From the NCBI GenBank assembly GCA_963788485.1, contig CAWBIS010000206.1, forward strand, positions 22,301-86,300: 64,000 bases of DNA, written 5' to 3'. The stretch is from Terriglobia bacterium (GTDB lineage: Bacteria > Acidobacteriota > Terriglobia > Bryobacterales > Bryobacteraceae). Within the stretch, counting starts at the first letter, position 1; each line of letters starts with the position of its first letter. The translations under genes and the position numbers were made by a program. The notes below the pieces were generated by a model that saw nothing but the letters and a program-made list of their open reading frames with translations, ran no database searches and was not told where the DNA came from. Shown piece by piece: positions 1 through 5,885 of this stretch.

Positions 1-695
1 TGGCCGCCGTTCTGGAAACACGCTTACATCAGGCGCAGACCGAGCCCATGGCGCCCATCGATCTGATCTCCTGCCTGATCTCCGATGAACTCACACGCCG
101 CGCCGATCGACTGCTGGAACGCCGCCGGAAGCAAGCCGGGTTTCGCGACGCCAACCGCTCGCTCGACGGTTTCGACTTCACCTTCAACCCGAAGATGAAT
201 CGCAGTCTGGTGTTCGACCTTGCCGCGTGCGCCTTCATCGCACGGCGCGAGGACGCTTTGTTTCTCGGCCCCGGGGGCACGGGCAAGAGTCATCTGGCGC
301 AGGCTATCGGCCAGTGCGCCATTCTGCAGGGTTATCGCGTCATCTATCGCGAAGCGCACGTGCTGTTGGAAGAACTCGCCGATGCCGTGGCCGAGAATCG
401 GCGTAAGTCTTACATCGAATCTCTGGCCTCTGTGCCGCTGCTGATCATCGACGACTTTGGCATGCGCAGACTGCCGCTCACCGCGGCCGAAGATCTGCTG
501 GAAATCGTCATGCGCCGTTACGAGCGCGCCAGCACACTGTTGACGTCGAATCGTCCGGTGGAAGACTGGGGCAAACTCCTCGGTGATACCGCGGCAGTCA
601 GCTCGATGCTCGACCGGCTGCTGCACCACGGCCATGTTCTCAAGTGCGGGCCGCGCAGCTGGCGCACCAAAGCCCTGCCTGCGAGCGCTGCATGA
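1..695 (+). CDS. istB: IS21-family transposition helper ATPase IstB (5' end probably outside the window)
   Basis: The frame is open from the window edge (AAVLETRLHQAQTEP precedes the first ATG at 48). Walker A is LGPGGTGKSHLA and Walker B is LLIIDDFG. The C-terminal LLTSNRPVEDWG...DRLLHH matches the IstB/DnaC-like family. Confidence 0.9.
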   Translation, partial: AAVLETRLHQAQTEPMAPIDLISCLISDELTRRADRLLERRRKQAGFRDANRSLDGFDFTFNPKMNRSLVFDLAACAFIARREDALFLGPGGTGKSHLAQAIGQCAILQGYRVIYREAHVLLEELADAVAENRRKSYIESLASVPLLIIDDFGMRRLPLTAAEDLLEIVMRRYERASTLLTSNRPVEDWGKLLGDTAAVSSMLDRLLHHGHVLKCGPRSWRTKALPASAA

Positions 696-940
696 AAACC
701 GGCCAAACCGCCTGCGGCGCAACGAAGTGGGTCGCCCCCTTTCCCGTTTCCCCCTCCGGGGGAAAGCCGGGGCGGGCGGGTGCCCCCCACGCCGCAAACT
801 GCGCGGCTCCCCCCACAAGAGGGCTCCGCCCCCTTGTGCATCCCCCGCCGACATCCGATGATTCCGGCGGCTTGTTGTTCAGGCTTGCCTTGACCTCGAG
901 ATCAGGGTAAAACTATGGCTTGTCCTGGCTCGTTCCCGTT

Positions 941-984
941 GGCCGGTTTTGAGGTGACCGCGACTGGCCGGTTTTGGGGTGACC
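941..984. repeat. Two direct copies of a 19-bp motif, probable IstA binding sites in the IS21 right end
   Basis: ggccggttttgaggtgacc (941-959) and ggccggttttggggtgacc (966-984) differ at one base. Confidence 0.6.
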
Positions 985-1311
985 ACCGAGGTCTATGAAG
1001 TGCCGCTTACGATCTTTCTTCTGCCATTGTTCGATTGGTGTGCCGACGCGATGCAAGTATACAAGCGTGACGACATACGTTACGAACGACGCGCCCGCGT
1101 CACAGTAGGCGATGTCTGGCTGATAGAACGTCGACGGCGTAAACCATTGTGGCGTGATCTTGAAGCAGCCGACAACAGTTGGCAGGAGGCCGATGAGTTC
1201 GATGCCTTGTTTGGCGGAGTAGACGAAACCTTTCGATTCTGCTTTCTTCTGCTCGTTGTCGCGTTGATTCACATCAGCGGCCACGCGGCGCCTGCCGGGC
1301 GGTCGGCACAT

Positions 1312-1803
1312 TCACGATGGCGAGCACGCCGTCCTTTGGAACTCCGCAATTTGAACCGGGATGCGAATCATCGATGGAAATGTTGCGGTGTCGATCGATG
1401 CTTTCTTATTCTCGCCAGGCTTGAGTCGCATCACACCGCGGTTCTCCAGTTTGGTCACGGCACCGTCGACCGGGAAATCAATGAGCGCGTCCTGCTTCGA
1501 CAGGTTTTCAATCGTGTACGTGATGCGATAACCAGGGTTGGTTTTTTCCAGCGTCGTGGTAACCTTCACCGCGAGTCCACGATTCTTCCCGTCTTTTGAC
1601 GAGATGATCGCCTGCGATGTGAGATTGAGCGTTTGACCGGCGTATGTGTCCCGCGTTGCTGCAGCGCCAGCGCTGTAGATCTCCGTCATCAGTGAAGACT
1701 GGTCCTGCCCGAAGAACAAAGGTCCGCTCGGATCGGTACGGTTCTTCTGCGCTTCGTGGCACGCAACCGCGAACTGTTGCGGTTTCAGGTTTTCCACGCG
1801 CAT
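1312..1803 (-). CDS. Hypothetical protein; possibly the body of a decayed secreted-protein gene (see findings)
   Basis: 163-aa ORF with coding-like composition. The upstream ORF 1508-2092 carries a signal peptide in another frame, and the ORF 913-1311 follows in the same frame after a single TGA. Confidence 0.4.
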   Translation of the reverse strand: MRVENLKPQQFAVACHEAQKNRTDPSGPLFFGQDQSSLMTEIYSAGAAATRDTYAGQTLNLTSQAIISSKDGKNRGLAVKVTTTLEKTNPGYRITYTIENLSKQDALIDFPVDGAVTKLENRGVMRLKPGENKKASIDTATFPSMIRIPVQIAEFQRTACSPS

Positions 1804-1820
1804 CCCGGCGACCGGCCAAC

Positions 1821-3146
1821 TCAGGTTCCGGGGCCCGCCCGAATCGAGATTTTACGATAAATGTCGAGGTGTTCCATAACCCTCCGACTGCCGGATCGAC
1901 AGTCGATCCCCATTCGACAATGTTGTTCTTGCCCGTCCGAAGCGGTTCGCTGTTGGTCGGCTTCCATTGGCAGACGCCGAGCTGCGCGAATGCCATCGAA
2001 GGTGCAACGGCCAGAACGATGAGAGTCAGGACGGAGACGACGCGCGCGCTGCGGATTTCCAATGGTCCTCCTCGTGAGCAGGGTGCTTGCACTTGGAGCG
2101 TAATCGCCCGTATCTGAAGCCTCGGGTATCGTAATCATGACGACGGAACGGAGGTCCACCCAGTTCTTAACTAAGCTTTCTATAGTCCGCGAGACCACAT
2201 CGAAGCCGTCGTGCGTAGGATTCAGGAGCACGCCTGGGATTTCACCTCCACGGATATCGACAATACTCTCGCCCTCTGGACTTTTCTGCAAATACAGATA
2301 CGGTGCGTATGCGACAATCTCGTGCACCGGGATACCACCAGGAGAAACTCGATCCAGGAGAAGCCCACGCACTGAGCCGGGTGCATCGTACACGTACAAG
2401 TGAAGCAGGGAATCCAGGTCAACTGTTCGATCAGAGAACTCAAGCCGGTTTCGCATCTGCTCAAGATTCTCCTTCAACCGTCTTAATTGGTAATCGCTGA
2501 TTATGTGTTTCGATTTCGGCGATATGACGAAGAGATAAGTATCCACCTCGCACCCGACAAGTCGCCGAACGAGATCAAGCGCATTCACGCCAGTGTACTG
2601 AATTACATAAGCTTTCCTCGTTCCGGCCGGCTGGGCATTGTTACTCAGATACTGATGCACCTGGTCCGCGAGAGACGCGTTGATATCGAACACAATTGCG
2701 GACTGGCGCCGGACGATGATCTCGAACAAACTCCCGAGCACAAGACGCGCGATTTCGTAGGGTTCGCTCCATGTTTGTGTTGTGTGTCGTCGCATCAGAT
2801 CGTGCACGAACTGTTGTTGAAGAGGATCACTTTCGGTACTCGAAGCATACTTGACAAAGACGATAATCGAGATGCCAAGCCTAACGGCTTCGTGATACTC
2901 CAATTCAACATAGGATTTACCTGATTCCTCGACGGTATCACCGTACCTGAAGCCTGCCATTAAGACGAAAAACTGACATGTGGCGAGCTTCTCGACGATT
3001 CGTTCCGTCGGCCGAGCGCTCGTTGCCGCCCAGTTCTCCATCGAAACAGGTGTACAGTTTGCAGCAAGCACTGCCCGGATCGCCTCAGCTCGTTCCGGCG
3101 CGAGATCGGACGTTGAACTGATGAAGACTCTATAATCACCCTTCAT
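1821..3146 (-). CDS. DUF4062-type (TIR/nucleoside-deoxyribosyltransferase-like fold) N-terminal domain protein with an uncharacterised C-terminal region
   Basis: The N-terminus YRVFISSTSDLAPERAEAIRAVL...CQFFVLMAGFRYG...SYVELEYHEAV...IIVFV matches the DUF4062 pattern from memory. The body (about 2137-3146) is visibly more AT-rich than its flanks. The last ~100 codons are Arg-rich and overlap another ORF's signal-peptide region, so the true 3' end is uncertain. Confidence 0.6.
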   Translation of the reverse strand: MKGDYRVFISSTSDLAPERAEAIRAVLAANCTPVSMENWAATSARPTERIVEKLATCQFFVLMAGFRYGDTVEESGKSYVELEYHEAVRLGISIIVFVKYASSTESDPLQQQFVHDLMRRHTTQTWSEPYEIARLVLGSLFEIIVRRQSAIVFDINASLADQVHQYLSNNAQPAGTRKAYVIQYTGVNALDLVRRLVGCEVDTYLFVISPKSKHIISDYQLRRLKENLEQMRNRLEFSDRTVDLDSLLHLYVYDAPGSVRGLLLDRVSPGGIPVHEIVAYAPYLYLQKSPEGESIVDIRGGEIPGVLLNPTHDGFDVVSRTIESLVKNWVDLRSVVMITIPEASDTGDYAPSASTLLTRRTIGNPQRARRLRPDSHRSGRCTFDGIRAARRLPMEADQQRTASDGQEQHCRMGIDCRSGSRRVMEHLDIYRKISIRAGPGT

Positions 3147-3348
3147 GCCCGGCTACTCCTGATCTTGAGGCTATTGTATCCGCTCCCGCATTCGCTGAGC
3201 GGGCACGTTGCAGACTGTCCTTGCCTATTTCACAGCGCTTTATTCGCAGCGCTTTGCCATAGCTGGCGATAACAGCCTTCCCGCCAGAAATGCTTGTTGG
3301 ACAGATCGAGTTAGAGGGTTAATCGACCGCGGAAATAGAAACGAACGT

Positions 3349-4695
3349 TCAGGCGGGTCGAGAATCGGCCCTGCGGTACAGTCTGTTTTCGATTTCCTCA
3401 ATCCACCTGCCTTCCTTACCTTGCCGGTCCCGATTCTCTCGAATCAGCTTTAAATTATCCGCCGTAGTCCTTGCACGGAAAAGCTCATCCCCAACCAACG
3501 GCAACGCATCCGCGAGGTGAGTCTCCGCCGCTTTCTTGTCATCGGCAAGAACCGCCAGTTCGAGCAAAGTCGCGTGGTCCCAGTAATCCGCACTCGCGGC
3601 CGCCTTCCGCGACGCGGCATAACGAACCACCGGAAGAATCGCAGCCTGACGGGGGTCCGGAGCCTCGGCCAGTTCCATCAGCGTGACCGCATTCACGCCG
3701 GGATACGCGTCCCGCCAATCCGCTTCGAAACCATCGAGGTAACAATCGATCGCCAGCTTCAGACAACCTCGCGCCATCAGGAAATCTCCCTCCGCCAGCG
3801 CAGCCCTATACCGATCCTTATAAACCCGGCCCAGTATCCCGTTCGTCTCGGGACTCGCGCCGTACTCCCTGATCACCTCTTTCAAAACCTTCTCCGCATC
3901 CTTCCACCGACCCGCCCGATTCAGCGCCAGCCCGAATTGCTCCCGCATCATGCGAACACGCTGCAGCGGGCGGGGCAACTCGTCGTAAAACTTCACCATT
4001 TCGCCGAAGGCCTCGACCGCGCGGAACGACAGAAATATCTGAATCACCACTCCCGATTCCACGTCCGCCAGATTCCCCAGGCTCTTCCGAATCGCCTGGA
4101 TGTCGGCGAGCCCGTGAGCCCCTTTCGCCGCAGCGTCGGAAAGCCGCCGGCGCACCTGGTTCGAGTGCTCCACCACCTTGCGGAAGATATCGGTCTTTGA
4201 ATGGTCGAGCCGCGGCCGAGGCAGATCCACCAGGAAGTTGTACACAGGACTGTCGTCCACGCACTGCCGCGCTTCTTCCAGCCTCTTGCTGAGCAGGTCG
4301 ATAAACCCCGGTGCATTTTTCATGCTGTAGGGAATGCCCCTCAGCGGGGCCACATCGAACGGCAGCACCGACCCTTCCTGAAAGATCACCACCGTACTGT
4401 AAGGCCGCAGGGCATGGCGGATTCCCAGCTCATAAAACACGTTCGGATTTTCGCCCGTCAGGTCCGCCACCGCATAGTCGCACAGCATCAGGCGCTCGAA
4501 CATCGGCTTGTGAATCCACCCGCCCACCAGTTCTTCGTCGGCCCGCACCGGTTCCATGTCCGCGGCGGCGATCGCCGGTTCGATCAGCTTTTTATACGCG
4601 GCGTCGAAATCGCGCAGCTTACCCGCGGAGTCCTTCTTCTTCCCGAACGGCATCAATACGAAGCAGAGGGGGCGCACAGGACCCCAGCATCGCAC
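3349..4695 (-). CDS. TIR-fold (nucleoside 2-deoxyribosyltransferase-like) N-terminal domain fused to a DUF4071 / MAP3K(ASK)-TRAF-binding-type TPR region
   Basis: N-terminus is CFVLMPFGKKKD...DFDAAYKKLIEPAI...CDYAVADLTGENPNVFYELGIRHAL. The helical repeat C-terminus is ...GILGRVYKDRY...AIDCYLDGFE...YPGVNAVTL. Start is ambiguous: GTG 4695, GTG 4677 or ATG 4653. Confidence 0.65.
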   Translation of the reverse strand: MRCWGPVRPLCFVLMPFGKKKDSAGKLRDFDAAYKKLIEPAIAAADMEPVRADEELVGGWIHKPMFERLMLCDYAVADLTGENPNVFYELGIRHALRPYSTVVIFQEGSVLPFDVAPLRGIPYSMKNAPGFIDLLSKRLEEARQCVDDSPVYNFLVDLPRPRLDHSKTDIFRKVVEHSNQVRRRLSDAAAKGAHGLADIQAIRKSLGNLADVESGVVIQIFLSFRAVEAFGEMVKFYDELPRPLQRVRMMREQFGLALNRAGRWKDAEKVLKEVIREYGASPETNGILGRVYKDRYRAALAEGDFLMARGCLKLAIDCYLDGFEADWRDAYPGVNAVTLMELAEAPDPRQAAILPVVRYAASRKAAASADYWDHATLLELAVLADDKKAAETHLADALPLVGDELFRARTTADNLKLIRENRDRQGKEGRWIEEIENRLYRRADSRPA

Positions 4696-5885
4696 AAATT
4701 ACAGATCGAAGACCGCGGGGAAATGCTGCTGCCGGACGAGTGCTTCCGCGGCTTTGCGGCCAATTTCGATAGCCGCTTGGCGTTCTCAGGACGGTCGATG
4801 TGCCTCAGGTCCCGAACTTCGTCCGGAGAAACCTCCAGTCCCAGCCGCTCCCGGAACCAATCGCGTTCGATCGGTGCGTCGTACCGCAGGTAATGCAGCA
4901 GGTTCTTCCCTCCCGGCAGGTCCCCGGAGCGGTCCCCCACCTCGCGGTTGATCCGAAGCGCGGTGGGCGACGAGCTCATCCGCTGCAACACGGCCTGCGC
5001 CAGCCAACTCGAATCGTTCATCGCCGAAAACAGCGCCTCGACCGCGAACTCCGCTGCCGACTCGCCGCGATATGACCGACCCCACAGCGGCGCGGGCTGC
5101 GAAGCGCCGGTTCCCAGGGAAAGCAGCATCGGATTCTCCTCGCCGATTCGGCCCTCGGAAGCCGTAGCCCTGCAACGTGGCCGGCATCGGCAGGAGCAGC
5201 GACGGGTTGTTGTGCGGGCCGACTCCGCCATCCGCGAACAGACCTTCCATGCCCGGCGCCACTTCCAGCAGCTGCAGCCCAAAATATGGCGGGGCGGCCG
5301 TGCCCGCGCGCAGCAGGTTTGCGATTTTGATATCGCGGTTTGGCGTGTGAGTACCCGCGGGGGATGACGCCCCGATAAACGCCCCATTCGGGTGATTGTG
5401 GAACAGCCAGACGCTGCCGGTATCCAGCCGTTTCGTAACGATGGCGAGCCCGCAGGCGACGCGGTCCGAACCCGGCGTATCCGGCCCGAACTCTCGGAGG
5501 ATGGCCTCACGCAGCGCTTCGTCGTCGAATTTGGGCATGAAGGCGCCGCCGAACCATTGAACCATTTGAGCCCGAACCATTCGCGGCGGACGAACGATTC
5601 GTGGGAGATGTGGAGGTAGAGGTCGATCAGTTCCGTGACGGTGTGGCCGATCGCCAGGCCGGCGGCAACGATGGCGCCGGTGGACGTGCCGCCGATCAGG
5701 GAGACGTAGTGGCAGAGGAGGAAATCGAGATATTGAGCAGGCGGAAGACGGGACTGCAGGAGGGCTTCGATGCGTTCGAGGAAGGCGAGGGAGATGACGC
5801 CGCGGACGCCCCCGCCATCGAGGGAAAGGATGCGCTTCGGGCCGGAGTCGAAGAGGTGATGGTGACGGAGTGCGGCCGGGCTCAT
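4653..5885 (-). pseudogene. Patatin-like phospholipase interrupted by two compensating frameshifts
   Basis: Frame A (5885 to ~5570) has DGGGVRG (oxyanion hole) and GGTSTGA (GxSxG). Frame B (~5570 to ~5150, inside ORF 4786-6345) has FGGAFMPKFDDEAL...FADGGVGPHNNP (catalytic DGG). Frame A resumes with RIGEENPMLLSLGTGAS... and runs to the stop at 4653. Shift 1 lies in a GAACCATT x3 cluster at 5551-5581. Shift 2 lies at about 5145-5165. Confidence 0.8.

Larger units (their letters stand above)
1..987 (+). mobile_element. 3' portion of an IS21-family insertion sequence (istB plus right terminal region); the rest lies upstream of the window
   Basis: An IstB-type ATPase ORF runs in from the window edge. 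It is followed by a ~290 bp non-coding tail with a strong hairpin (tttccccc-tcc-gggggaaa, 747-765). Two 19-bp direct repeats GGCCGGTTTTG(A/G)GGTGACC sit at 941-959 and 966-984, matching the multi-repeat terminal architecture typical of IS21 ends. Proposed tip is ...GACCA near 985. Confidence 0.7.

Noticed and set aside
747-765. Hairpin tttccccc-tcc-gggggaaa as an intrinsic terminator of istB
   Set aside because: The stem is strong but no U-tract follows. It may be part of the IS21 end structure, so it is left unannotated as a terminator.
4653-5885. Programmed ribosomal frameshifting in the patatin gene
   Set aside because: Two shifts in opposite directions 400 nt apart would be required. No slippery heptamer or pseudoknot is evident. 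The first shift is explained by a 23-nt insertion, so mutation or sequencing error is more parsimonious.
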